DNA from: Botryllus schlosseri
Lineage: Eukaryota
DNA length: 64,000 bases
Assembly: GCA_051294905.1 (NCBI GenBank)
Contig: CM119372.1
Coordinates: forward strand, 14,570,001-14,634,000
Reading direction: 5' to 3'
In this document: positions 31,745 through 44,217 of the stretch, piece by piece
Numbering within the stretch: the stretch's first letter is position 1
Layout: every line of letters begins with the position of its first letter
Made by a program: the position numbers and the translations under genes
The notes under the pieces: model-generated
The model's input: only the letters and a program-made list of their open reading frames with translations
What the model was told of the DNA's origin: nothing
The model's database searches: none

Positions 31745-34294
31745 GGGAAACCGTGGAAATCTTCTACCAAGAATTATACGGTAAAGAGAATACAGATAAA
31801 AACACTGAATCTCTCTTTTTTAGCTTCCAAAAAAATCAAATGAGAGAAGACCAAAGAGAAAAAATGGACGCTGAGATCAAGGAGGAGGAGTTACGGATGG
31901 CAATCCTACAACAGAAGAAAGGAAAAACCCCGGGCGGGGACGGAATTAGCTCCGAGTTCTACGTGCAGAATCTAGAAACAATCGCGAAAGACCTGACCGA
32001 GGTGCTAAATGACATATACATTTTACAGAGAGTTCCAGGATCCCTGGCAAAAGGGGTAATAAAAGTCATCCACAAGAAGGGTGAAAGGGACAATATCGAA
32101 AATTACCGCCCGATTACGCTCCTCAACGTTGACTACAAAATTCTCACAAAGATCTTGTCGAACCGCATGAAGGCCTTGCTCGCGACCGTGACTCACGAGC
32201 ACCAATTTGTCAATCCGCCAAGGACAATAAACGAACTCAACCTCCTAATACGGGAAGTGGCGTCGGACATGAAGCAGAATGAGTCAGGTGCGATACTGTC
32301 GGTTGATTTCAGAAAAGCTTATGATTCAGTAGACCATGAATTTATGCACGATGCAATTAAAAAAGCCGGTTTCGGGACAATTTTCCAGAACTTCATTAAA
32401 AGGGTATATAAGAACGGAACGGCAACAATCTCGCTGAACGGGATAACAGGAAGAGAAATCAGCATCGAAAAAGGGATCAAACAAGGTGATCCCATATCAA
32501 TGTTCCTCTTTACTCTAGTTACAGAGCCCCTGCTGCAGAGGCTAAACGCGGAAATAAAAGGGTATCGGCTCACCAGCTACAGAAACAGGATAACTACACC
32601 TTCGTATGCTGATGACGTCACCGTGACCCTCGCCAAGGAGGAGGATGCCGAGAGGGCCGTCAAAATAATAGAGCAATTCGGAAGAGCAAGCGCGCTAAAG
32701 ATCAACCAAAGGAAGACCATGGCAATCAGCTTTGAAAGGAAAAAAAGCAGAAGCATACAAAAGCAAATAAGATGGGTTAAAAAAGTCGAAATCCTAGGGA
32801 ACACCATAGCCCACGAGACGAAAGACGAGGAGAAACCATGGAGGAAATCGGTGGACACGACGAAGAAGCTCATGAAAGATCTCGAAAACATGAACCTGGA
32901 AAGGTTTGAAAAAATTCTAATAATAAGAACGAATATCTTACCCATGTTCACGTACATCGCAGCAACCTCCAGGTTTCCCCCGGCGCAGCGAGCCAGGTTC
33001 AAACGACATCTAATGAGTTTCCTCTTTCAGAAGCACGATAAGATCGAGTATGAGAAGCTAATACAGCCGACAACCAAGGGAGGCCTCGGCCTGATCGACG
33101 TCCCAAGGATTCTAGATCTAATATACATGAAGCCGGCTATCCACTTCCTGCGTAAGAGCGGACAACCACCGGACACGGAATGGGAGAACCGGCTTGAGAA
33201 TCAGCTCGCCATAACACTCCGCAGGTATGCAAAACACCGATTGTCTAATTCCAAGGCACATACCTTTCAGCCCCTACAACATTGGAAGAGGATCAGCGGG
33301 AAAATGACGGAACTGCAACTCAACCCAGAGGATATCAACAAAAAGGATACATACAAAATCACTATGGTCAGGAACCATGCAAGATCTATTCAGGAGATGG
33401 AGGGCCCGAATTGGGATAACATCCAGAACCCGACTCTCACCCACCAGCAGCGAAGACACAATTGGGAGATCCAGCACCACCTGCTTCCAACAAGGGATCG
33501 CCTATATACAAGGTCGGCCGCACACACGTCACACTGTTCCTTCTGTCATAGCAATTTCGAAACTCACACCCACCTCTTTACAGGCTGTCAGAAGATTAAA
33601 CCTGTTACAAGCATGTTTTTAGATCTGTGGTCGGAGGTAACTGGGGACGCAAGGCAGCCGATAGAAATCCGAACTATCGTAAACATGCACCCACAACAAC
33701 CCACTCAAGACAGTAATAAAGCATCCTTGCTGGTACTAATTTCCATTCTCAAACAGGCAATATGGACAGCCAGGAATAAGAACATCCACGGCACGCCTGG
33801 AATCGACGCGAAATGGATCAGGGACTCTACGCTGAGAAGAATGGAAAGAAGACCGCGGAATGGGGAGGATGATAGAACGGAGGAGATACTGAAGAAAATC
33901 AAAGAACGGGCGCGCGCGCTGCGATAAAATGCTTCGAAAATTAACTATTTTGGAAACTCACCAAGCCCTAATTAATCGCGACTGCCCACTTGCGGCCACT
34001 CCGAATGTCCCGGCGAGCAGACGTTACCGACACGAAACCATCCTTCTCCGCCAAAATCCTCCTTGCAAAACCCCGCCGATACTAAATGGGCAAATCTCCA
34101 GGCTTAGACCCGCACACAACCCCATGAATCTAATCCTGTATGTTTTGTCTATGTAATTGCATGTAAAATATCCGAAAAACCCCGTAGCCTCAGGCAATTG
34201 TTAGTAAAATTTATGTTCTGCATCTTTATTTATATTACCATTGTGGCAATATTTATTTATTATTTTCATATGATGCAATAAACTCTTAAAAGTT
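31745..34294 (+). mobile_element. 5'-truncated non-LTR retrotransposon, L1 clade (Tx1-like)
   Basis: Perfect 16-bp TSD GGGTCCAAGACCATCA (31729-31744 and 34295-34310); AATAAA at 34277-34282; carries the RT ORF below plus a 3' UTR of about 370 nt. Confidence 0.93.
31753..33927 (+). CDS. ORF2 C-terminal part: reverse transcriptase plus C-terminal CCHC zinc knuckle (endonuclease lost by truncation)
   Basis: Uninterrupted 724-aa frame with KTPGGDG, NYRPITLLNVDYKILTK, VDFRKAYDSV, GIKQGDPIS, YADDVT, GGLGL and CSFC...HTHLFTGC. Confidence 0.95.
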   Translation: MEIFYQELYGKENTDKNTESLFFSFQKNQMREDQREKMDAEIKEEELRMAILQQKKGKTPGGDGISSEFYVQNLETIAKDLTEVLNDIYILQRVPGSLAKGVIKVIHKKGERDNIENYRPITLLNVDYKILTKILSNRMKALLATVTHEHQFVNPPRTINELNLLIREVASDMKQNESGAILSVDFRKAYDSVDHEFMHDAIKKAGFGTIFQNFIKRVYKNGTATISLNGITGREISIEKGIKQGDPISMFLFTLVTEPLLQRLNAEIKGYRLTSYRNRITTPSYADDVTVTLAKEEDAERAVKIIEQFGRASALKINQRKTMAISFERKKSRSIQKQIRWVKKVEILGNTIAHETKDEEKPWRKSVDTTKKLMKDLENMNLERFEKILIIRTNILPMFTYIAATSRFPPAQRARFKRHLMSFLFQKHDKIEYEKLIQPTTKGGLGLIDVPRILDLIYMKPAIHFLRKSGQPPDTEWENRLENQLAITLRRYAKHRLSNSKAHTFQPLQHWKRISGKMTELQLNPEDINKKDTYKITMVRNHARSIQEMEGPNWDNIQNPTLTHQQRRHNWEIQHHLLPTRDRLYTRSAAHTSHCSFCHSNFETHTHLFTGCQKIKPVTSMFLDLWSEVTGDARQPIEIRTIVNMHPQQPTQDSNKASLLVLISILKQAIWTARNKNIHGTPGIDAKWIRDSTLRRMERRPRNGEDDRTEEILKKIKERARALR

Positions 34295-35867
34295 GGGTCC
34301 AAGACCATCATTGATTCATTGTTACCTATCTTTAATACTTTGTCATTGAGGGGCCCCCAGCAAACACAAAACCGTAAAAGGATCATCCGGGATCATCTCG
34401 ATTAGGTTCTGATTTTCTAAGTGTCGAGGGAATGTCTAAAATACGTAGTAGGATGGTCTTGTGGTTATATTCAATCAGAATAAATTCATACTCGGTGTTG
34501 TTCCATCTCATGCATTAGGCTTCGTTATATCCGGTAGTTAACCTAATAATGCAAATTTTCTATCTCTCGCGGGTACGACTAAAATACGTAGAAAGGATGA
34601 CTTTGTCGGTACATTCAATCACGATGAATTCTATCCGGTTTTGTTCGATCTCATGCGGTAGCTTCGTTCTATCCATTAGAAAACAATGTTCTCCCTTCGT
34701 TTTATTGCGTGAGGATGTCACCGGTGTTGTATATTCGTGTTGTTGCTCTAAGGTCGAATAGTTTTGTTTTCCTCTGATATATATGATCTTCATTATATAT
34801 ATATTCGCTCTTTCGGTAATCTCGCATGTTCAACGAGTATGGTTAATAGTTTTATTCAGAGAATAACTAAATAAGTGATATGTTGTACGTTTAGGAATAT
34901 GATTATCGATGCGTGACTTCTAGAATATTTCGGCGATTCAAATTTTACGTCATCGCGCCATACAAAGATTTGAAGCGCAACAGGTCGCAGCCAGGCATAG
35001 TTCGCTCTTTCTGTATGGTAAATGCCGTAAATATATAGGAATTGTGACTGACTGAGGTAGCGGGTTAAAGGTATATATGCAGTAGCATATAGCTTATGGG
35101 GTATTTCGAATTGCCTGTAGTATATGACGCCTAGAGCCGTTTGACTTTCTGCAAAACAGGTGTAGACAACTATAGAAAAGTTTCAGCTTTTCCAGGTTAG
35201 AATTAGAGCTAAACCGTTTTTCCGAATTAGATTACAATTATATTGCTGGCATTTCGCTCTAATTTAGTGAAATTAGACCACTATAATTCGCTTCAAACAT
35301 CTGAATTACCGGTACCTATACCTACGGTATATCATAATATTTATGCTTGAATTTTCTAGGTATATAAGTCATATAGATACATTCCTGTAGAACACTGATT
35401 CATGATTTTATAAAAGTTGGTGCAAGAATGGACATTTTCAACTTGATGTTGATTAATGGAGCAAAATTTGATATTTGAGTGCAATTATACCTCGAATCCA
35501 GTGACAAGATTATTAATCGTTGAAACCAAACGCAGCTTGATTATGTTGGCCCAGAGAATTTGGCTAGCCAGACCATATTGATGGAATATGGTCACAGTAA
35601 GATAATATTTTGAGCTATTTTACATTAACTTTCCAACATTTGATTCGATATGTCCACTAAAACAGTTGTTATTCTGCTTTCGAATAAGACCTTAATTGCT
35701 GGTTTCAATGGTAACTGTGTTTGTCAAAGGCTGCAAAGGTAATTTCTTTTCCTTGTTAGATGTTTATTTGTTTGTTTGTGGTGTTCATGGTGGTGGTTCG
35801 ACTACACTGGTCATTTTACACCAGGCTGGTTCTTATTATTATTATTCCGTATCTGCCCGATTACCAG

Positions 35868-36735
35868 TGAACTCGGCACTTAGTGAATTCGGCCGCACAA
35901 ACTCGGCACTTGGTGAATTCGGCCGTGGTAGATCTCGTAGCGGTACCGGTCACCATGATTGGTTACTGGAATGTTTGCCAGTGAACTTGGCACTTTGAGT
36001 GGTTGTCAATGTTGTACGGCGGTCAGGGCATGCGTAGATCACACAGTCACGGCGTGATTAGATCACAGATTGCGTAATTGCGGGAAATAACGCGACGCTC
36101 TTCACTTGGTGAACTCGGCCCTTGGAGGAATTGGCACTAGAACACCTTCGCATTAGAAATGCATTTAGTATGAATGAACAGTATCAAAAAGGAAATTTAA
36201 ACGTGTCGTGGCTCGTGGTAGATCTCGTAATCTTGGGATCCTTCAACCGTGTTATCGAGACACCCTAATCCCAGAGTGGAATCGTCTCTCCAAAGGCAAA
36301 AAATAATTTATTTTGACGTGATCATGCGAAACATTTGTTGATGAGGAACACTGGCTTGTCGTGATCGATAAACGAAGAAGCGCCGCTTGATGTTCCACAG
36401 TTTTGATCTCACATACAACGCCAAGATCCATCTTCTCAAAACTTACACGACACAGGCCCGTGACTCACGCCATCGATTCCAAGCAGACCGCGCGTGGTCG
36501 GTATATGAGCGCTGTGTTATTTCCCGTGGCTACGCAATCCATGATCTAATCACGCTGTGACTGCGCGATCTACGGATGCCCTGACCTCCTTACAAGATTG
36601 ACGAATCACTTGATAATACTATTATTAGTTTGATAATTCATATTAATAGCTGTAAATACACTTCATCTCAAAATTTCCCGAGGGCCGAATTCACCAAGTG
36701 CCGAGTTTGTGCGGCCGAATTCACCAAGTGCCGGG
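35868..36735. repeat. Inverted-repeat (foldback-like) element with internal short direct repeats
   Basis: GTGAATTCGGCCGCACAAACTCGGCACTTGGTGAATTCGGCC (about 35885-35925) is mirrored at about 36680-36730; GTCAGGGCA...GTGATTAGATCA (about 36025-36065) is mirrored at about 36540-36585. Confidence 0.8.
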
Positions 36736-37381
36736 TGCATCGGCAACCATCTGCCCACTTACAGCACGGCCCACTCCTAGGCTTTTTAAGACATGGCTAT
36801 GCGAATCGGATGGCGAGGAGGAGCCTAGATAAACGGCCAACACTTCGGTAGGAATTATGGAGTCGACGTGTCACGCTCGAACCCGCAATTCATAGGTGTT
36901 TAGCTATAATGGAACGTACCACTACGTTTCCTCGCCATACCTTGTAAAATGAGACCGTAGCATTTGGCATTTCGTGTGGCAATTGACTTTTGTGTGGAAA
37001 ATTGTGTTCGTTTTAGAACTTATCCGAAACTTTTATCCCGCCATAGATTGTATATGATAAAACAATATCGGAATTGATCCTAGAAGAATTCCAAAGCAAC
37101 TCACCACAAAGGAGGATTTAAAGAAGTTTGATGGAAAATTGAATGAAAGCAAAAGCCTTTGCAAGAGATGTGGTATGTTGAATCTGTTTTGGTATTTTTA
37201 AATAGGCCTACTTTGTTGTGCCGATAGCAGACAGTATATATAAACGTAAGATGTGGAAGCTATCAAGGTGTTTTTAGAAATTCAGTCAGTCAAAGTGGAC
37301 GATCGTATTGCTTGGATTATATTTAGGCTTATATTAGCATCTTTGAGATGCAACTCTAAACGTGGACGGTCATGAACAGTA

Positions 37382-38046
37382 AGGCTCTTCAAAAATGACT
37401 TTTTTTCTCAAATCGTACTGGCTACTTGATAAAATTGTTAGGTTACCTAATTTAAGCCTACAAACAAAATATGGTTCAAATCCAGCCAGTATCCGCTTTG
37501 CTACAAGAGAAGAAAGTTCCTATTTATTATATAAAAATGAATAATAAAAAATTTGAAGATTTTCTGTTAACCCCATGAAAGTGTTACTTAATTACCTAAT
37601 TTAAGCCTAAACACAAAATTTGGTTCAATTCCAACCAGTGGAAGCGGAGTTATTGCTGTCGAAAAATTTTGATTTTAATAAAATAGTACTTACGGTGAGC
37701 ACAACTTTAATAAGTAAACAAAGAATCGGTCACCGTAAATACTATTTTATTCAAATCCAAATTTTTCGACGGCAATATCTCCGCTTCCCCTGGTTGGAAT
37801 TGAACCAAATTTGGTGAGCATCGTTTCTATAGACAGCCTAACACTTTCATGGGGTGAACAGAAAATTTTCAAATTTTTATTACCTATTTATTTTTATATA
37901 ATAAATAGAAACTTTCTTCTCCTGTAGCAAAGCGGTTACTGGCTGGAATTGAACCAAATTTTGTGTTTAGGCTTAAATTAGGTAACCTAACAATTTTATC
38001 AAGTAGCCAGAACGATTTGAGAAAATAAGTCATATTTTAAGAGCCC
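37382..38046. mobile_element. Long-TIR MITE family F, second copy
   Basis: Same arms as 25573-26235; TA flanks at 37380-37381 and 38047-38048. Confidence 0.85.
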
Positions 38047-39415
38047 TAATGTCCATGTTAGAGAAACGTTTTAGGGTAGGCATACTCATATGTCTCGCAG
38101 CGTTCTCTACATAATTGTCAATTGCGATACAAACTGTTTGCTTGTATTGGTAAAGCCATCCAACTTCGAATTGTAAAATGTTGGGAGGCTTGATATCAAA
38201 TTTTTGAAAGGTGCACTTTGAGAAGATTTCGGAATCCGTCAAATTATACAAAAATTTAGCAAATTCTTTGACATATTTCATCTACTTGGGACTCGATCAA
38301 CGTAAAAGAATTGGTAATCATTTTATACAATATATTGTATTTGTAGTTGAAGTATAGTAATAATTCTTATGGTTACCGCACTTGTAACGATTCACGGCCA
38401 TAACTGGAATAATTAGAATGATGTAACTTTCAAATTGTCAAGCATTTTGCAACAACATTGTTCTCAATTTTCAAGGTGCTGACCATTCGAGGAAGAATCA
38501 CCCACCGGGAATTCACGATCCGTAAACGCGGCCGACTGTTTCTCTCCTCAAGCGGAAGCGACAGAGAAGAGGAACGAAGAGAAAAAAGGAGCAGAAATAG
38601 CAAGAGTGTGACAAGTCGCGTCCGTTCGCTTTAATGCGTATTTCCATCCGCGAAGTAGTAGGTGGGAAAACTAATGGGCGTTTGGTTAGGGCTTATATAA
38701 GGTTGACTCCAGCGCTGTATTTGCTAAATGTTGCTATGAAATAGGGGTGGTGTCATTTGGTATCAATATTGACTATTGAAAGACCATTTGTTAGTGGTCA
38801 TGGATTTGTTCGGCCAGTATGCAGTAATTTCTGATGGTCACTTCCCGGGCTTCTGTTCTCTAACCCCTCATGATTGTTATTCTGCTTCTAGTAAGACTGT
38901 CGATTCTAATGTTTTATCGTATCATTTGTCGGAGGTTTCGCTCGCTTTATTTACAACGTTTTGCTCTCTGCTAGGTCAATTACTGGCTGAGTATCACTAC
39001 AGCCTAAGAAACTGCACTAATTCTCATTTTAATGTCTTGCTGGTTATCTTGCTGTCAATTCTAATAATTTATTAATGTCTATACCAGTGCCGCCACTCAA
39101 ATGTTTTGTTCTCTGTACACAATATTGTTAGGTCTTCAGCTTTCCAGGCAGAGTATCATTCCACTTTCTAGACTTGAGTATATATCTCTCCAACTAGCTG
39201 CCAAATAACTGATTCATTTGGATTGTTGAATTGATCATTTTGGACAGAATGTGATGAAATTTTAGTCAAGAATTCTTTTTGTGTTAGTGGCTGTTTTCAA
39301 AGAGTGCTGAAGTAGTCATCGTTGATCTTGATAATCAATTAGAAGTGACGATTGAAGTCAGTTCTCTAGTCATATAATATTAAAAAATATAATAATAAAA
39401 CTTGAAAACTTGAGT

Positions 39416-39858
39416 ACAACACACGCGCGTCCACGTCGTCTAAATATCATATGATTGACCGAAAAGATCATCGCTCCATCAAATATGCCGGACCTGATGT
39501 GTGGAACAGTATCCCGCCGGCCATCAGACAGTCGACGAGCATGTCCACATTCAAGTCGAAATACAAACAATTACTACTAAATAAATACAGTCCATCCTCA
39601 AGATTACCGGATGACGACTGACCTATCGATCTCGCTTCCCATGACATGCCGCCCTATTTCTTGTCGCATTCTTTTTCTATACTATCTTCTTTACTTTCAT
39701 TCAGTGTGCATGCCTCCTCTTTACATCACATAGGCCAAGGTGGGTGTCAGATTCCATAGACTACTCCTTGTCGCTTCGACATCTTCCTGTCTTTTCATTG
39801 TATCGCATTTTTTGTCGTGTATTGAACTGATAAAGTGCTAATAAACCAATGATGATGA
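39416..39858 (+). mobile_element. CR1/L2-clade LINE 3' fragment encoding the ORF2 C-terminus
   Basis: Translates as YNTR...RSIKYAGPDVWNSIPPAIRQSTSMSTFKSKYKQLLLNK, a typical CR1/L2 ORF2 end; AATAAA plus (GAT)n tail; possible short TSD TGAGT. Confidence 0.87.
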
Positions 39859-42800
39859 TGAGTGGAAATAGTTCAGAATCGAATCCATTTTAGTAAGTAT
39901 GGGCGAAAAAAATGTAGGAGTCATTCGTTAGTCGCTACCTCTGCCATTTTCGCAGTACGAATGTCTTAGCTATTAATCATCATTTTCATTTTATTTCTGC
40001 AGGGTGTTGAAAAAAAAAGGCAGCATGCTGGTTATTTAACTGGCTCGTCAGAAGATGAAACCTGATGATAAGGACTGTTTTCACTTTCTTTCTAAAGACA
40101 TTCGTTCGTTTGTTCGTTTTATTTTTTACAACGGCAAATGCCAATTCGTTTGAAATTAAATTATCACAAATGTGATTATTATGTAGTAAATAATGTGGTG
40201 TGTGTACGCAGCCGTGATCAGGTTAAGCCCATAGTGGTAGAAAACAGGTTATTATATCAGGATCTTCTTCTTCTAGCGTAGGATCTACATTCTACTCACC
40301 ATGTTTAAAGGCTGTAGCATCTGCATAATATTTACATTATTGAAGGACATGGAAAAGACGTTGAATTGAGTCGACACAAAATCCCCCTTTCTACGACCTG
40401 CCGAGATCTAATATCTACTATATCGGCTCGGCTTTTCTACATCTTTGGTCTGTACTGTGTTTGCTGGGGGGGGGTGTTCATTTAAGTCATCGAATTTTTC
40501 GGCCCTCCCAAATATTTTTTCTGGCTACGCCCTTGCTAACGAATACATGGTACGAGTATGTGGTATGGAAATTTCACGTTCCCTACCATGTAGCCCAGAG
40601 ATCTCAAACTCAAATGCTCTCGCGGGCCAATTTCCTACTTTTGATGACGCCGCGGGCCGCAGCACCAATAATAGATTAATTCAATGTATTTCCAAGTAGG
40701 CCTTATTTGACGGGACTTGCAGACTCACATTCCACACGCATGAAAATCAAAATGTGATTTACTATTGTGAATTCACGCCTGGCACGACAAAAATCACATT
40801 TTTAAATATTTGAATAAAATTGTTGCTGTACTTGGCATAGTTTGTCAAAATAAATAGGTGCAGACACCGTGCGACAGTACAGACGCATCAGGACATCGTA
40901 AAAGCTGTCGCGTTATAATTTTGCAGGTAGTGGACATTTCACGTGCCACAACCACAGGTAGAATTTGAGAATTTTACAAAGATTGATGTGATATCAGAGC
41001 ATTGGAGCAGTACACCCGGGTTTCGGGCATAGGCCTACTCCTGATAACTAGGCTGTATTGATCATGTCATGACCAAAGTCAAATATAATCAGCGTTAAAT
41101 TTACCTTCGAAATGGAACAGATCAATAACACCTTGAACATAATGAATACTGTGCCGTAGCAGTAGAAATGTGCAATCGCCGAAGAACCCATTGGTGTTAC
41201 AGCTGTGAAGCATAGACTATAGTTAGGCTACGACTAGCCTACTTAATTCGCCACATTTAATTGGCGATAATAACCAACTATACATCAGAGGGGCAACATA
41301 ATGCCAATGGTAGTTGCCATACCGAGCTGCTTAGATATCTAAATAAGCTACGCAGCGCAAGCTACGAACTTTTTATATTTCACTGTATCTCATACCAGTT
41401 TGATAGTTTGTTGCGTCCGTGGTTGTACCAAGTCACGGCATTCTGAGTCACAAAAGTCCTTCTCTGATTGTAACGTTTGACGCGACGAGTACGAGTATGA
41501 GTAATTCTACAGAAGGTCGCGCCTATAAGTCCAAATCACAATTTTCAGTCACGAATCATCAACGGGTCATGTTTTACCATCATGAACAAGTAATGTCGCT
41601 TAATTGTTGATCTTCCACTGCGTGGTAACTTTTGGAAGTGATGTAATAGTGAAGTTTGACGAGTAGTTTCAGGCTGCTAGAGTAGTTTTGAAGGGAATTT
41701 TAAGAATTCTCAAATTAAAAAAGAAATTGGTTTTTAAATATTGTCGAATACTTCTAAATCCAAAATGCCATCGCGGGCCGCACGAAATGGTCTCGCGGGC
41801 CGCGTGTTTGAGACCTCTGATGTAGCCTATGCCCTGACTAAAACTGCCAATTGCAGCCAAATCACATGCGACTGATCGTCTGCTTATCGGGTTATATTAT
41901 AAACATGTCTATTGGCGCTTGTGACGAATTCTACGAAATATTAAATCTTCTAGAACAGCTACGAGGGACAGACAATAAATAGGACATAAACACGACAGAT
42001 TGCAAAAGTACAAAGTACAAATACGAAAGCTCTACGATAATTTGTGATGCGAAATGTACGGGAAATACTGGTCGACTAGCGAAAGTTTGTGTACGGTCTT
42101 TGTATTCAAAACTATTCTAACAGCAGCTTTTTTAGTGTCAACATTGTGAATGACAGCTTTGAATGTTCCGTCAAACTAGGTTCGAAGGTACATATTTCTT
42201 TTTCTGGGGTTGAGCTTATTGCTGAGTGCAGTAACAATATTATAACAAATCACGCAATTGTGCCAATTAAAGGCAGTGGCGCTAGTACTCAACGAACGCT
42301 AATCATAAATTACTAAAAAATGTCTCTAACAAATGGATGCAGCTACTAAAGTATAAACAACATGAAAGGACGATGTATTGCAACAGACAACATCAATAAA
42401 CAAATTAAGCAACTACTTTCGTTGGAGCAGCACCTCATAGGTCCAAGAAGCTTGGGGGATATTTACTGGTAGCTGGCCGATGTAAGTCGCATAGACAGAA
42501 GCTACAGGGTGCGATACCACTATCACGACCGCAGTAACGAAGCCAGAGATAGCAAGATGTGCTACATCAGCCTTCAATGTTCCAGATTAATTCCTTTATG
42601 ACGCAATTAACATTCATGAATATCAATTTTTTTAAAACGTCAGTACGATCAAAACACAAAGGAGTCTTATTACGTATATCGATACCATCAAAGTACGTGG
42701 AAGAAACATTACATCAGTTGAATACAGCAGCGGGCATACATGAACCAAATTATGGGGAATAATGGATTTGATTTTTCCAAAAAACAATAAATACATTGGG

Positions 42801-44217
42801 TGTTCATAAAAGCTGCTCGGTGTTGAATAACTGAATGTATAGAGGAAGTTAAGTGTCGGCTAAACAGACAGCAATGGCTACGTGGTGCATTCGAAGCGAA
42901 AAAAGCACCGAACAATAATAATTTCTAGCGAAACTCTGTGAAAAAGCTGCATTTGTATCATACGTGAGAATCAAGAAAATTAAAACAGTGAAATACCTAT
43001 TAAACGACAAACTTTATAGCTTCAGAATCACAGGTGCGAAATCAAACGTATAAAATAATCTAATTTGGTAGTGTTTGATTAGTGTAGATAAGTAATGTCA
43101 TAATGTACACAATTACACGAAAACGTTACAATACTCTGTCAGACAAGGCACCGAGTTGGAGAAAAAAATATTTGCTAATCATTATGACGACGATGAATTG
43201 CGATTGTGCAATGTTAAAAACAGCTAAATAAATGGGATAGTTATGGCTCCTTAATCTACATGAAACAGATAGAATGACATGCTTGGATACTCGAAAGAGG
43301 TAACTTATTTCAATGAAACAACATAGACATGTTCTGGGAACCTTCGCAAAGCTAAAGTAGGCACTCTCCGACGCACGAGGCGTATATTAGAAAATTTTCG
43401 TGGAACGCAAGATACATTTTCTATATACTATTCTGATAATCTGTATGTACACAAAACACAAACAATCAAAATGGCCTTAAGTATATGGCAAGTAGCATCA
43501 ACTGGAATGTAACTAATCAGAAAAAGCAGCACCATTGAGTTTTCGTAGTAGCATGGTGAAAATGAAAATAATGTTTTATGCAGCTAGCTAAGTCTTTCAA
43601 TTCCTGTTCCGACATGTCACCGTTACATTACAAATCAGCAAAAGCTTGATGCTGCACAATCGGAGTTGCAGGAGTCATTATCACGGTGGGATAGTGGCTC
43701 CGGCGAATGATGAAAACATGTCAGATTCCGCAAATTCCGAGAAATAATAATTATTCTGTGTGTGTTTTACTGGTGCATTTACAACGCTTCTTTGAGTACG
43801 TCGATAACAGCAAGTTTGAACGTCACATAGCTTTGTGTGTATCGGATATGGTTTGTTCCTACACAGTGAAATAATTGGCTGAATCACTCATCACAGTGCA
43901 CACATTGCGCCCAGAGCATTGTAGCAGACTAATTCCTTTGTCTCCGCCACAATATCTACTTTACCAGAATGACAGTTAAAAGGACCGGTGGTTTTAATTG
44001 CGCCTCCCAGATAATAGATTGTAAGGTTTTTGTTTCGCCCGCGGTAACAATGCCAGAGCGACAGGCGACATCAAAAAGGAATATACCGAAAACGTGCACA
44101 TGTACCAGCAGTACAATATACTTGACCATAGCACCATCTCCTGTGACTTGAAGTCGTTTAGAAGTAGTTAAAATAGAAAAACTGCTGAAATCTAGTCCCG
44201 CCCCGATTCCTGTAGAT

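Noticed and set aside
32023-33902. Minus-strand ORFs within the LINE
   Set aside because: Antisense shadows of the RT ORF.
35868-35930. CRISPR-like repeat array (also considered for the GACTCGAGTC arrays and the 61131-61215 minisatellite)
   Set aside because: No unique spacers of constant length, no cas genes, and a eukaryotic context.
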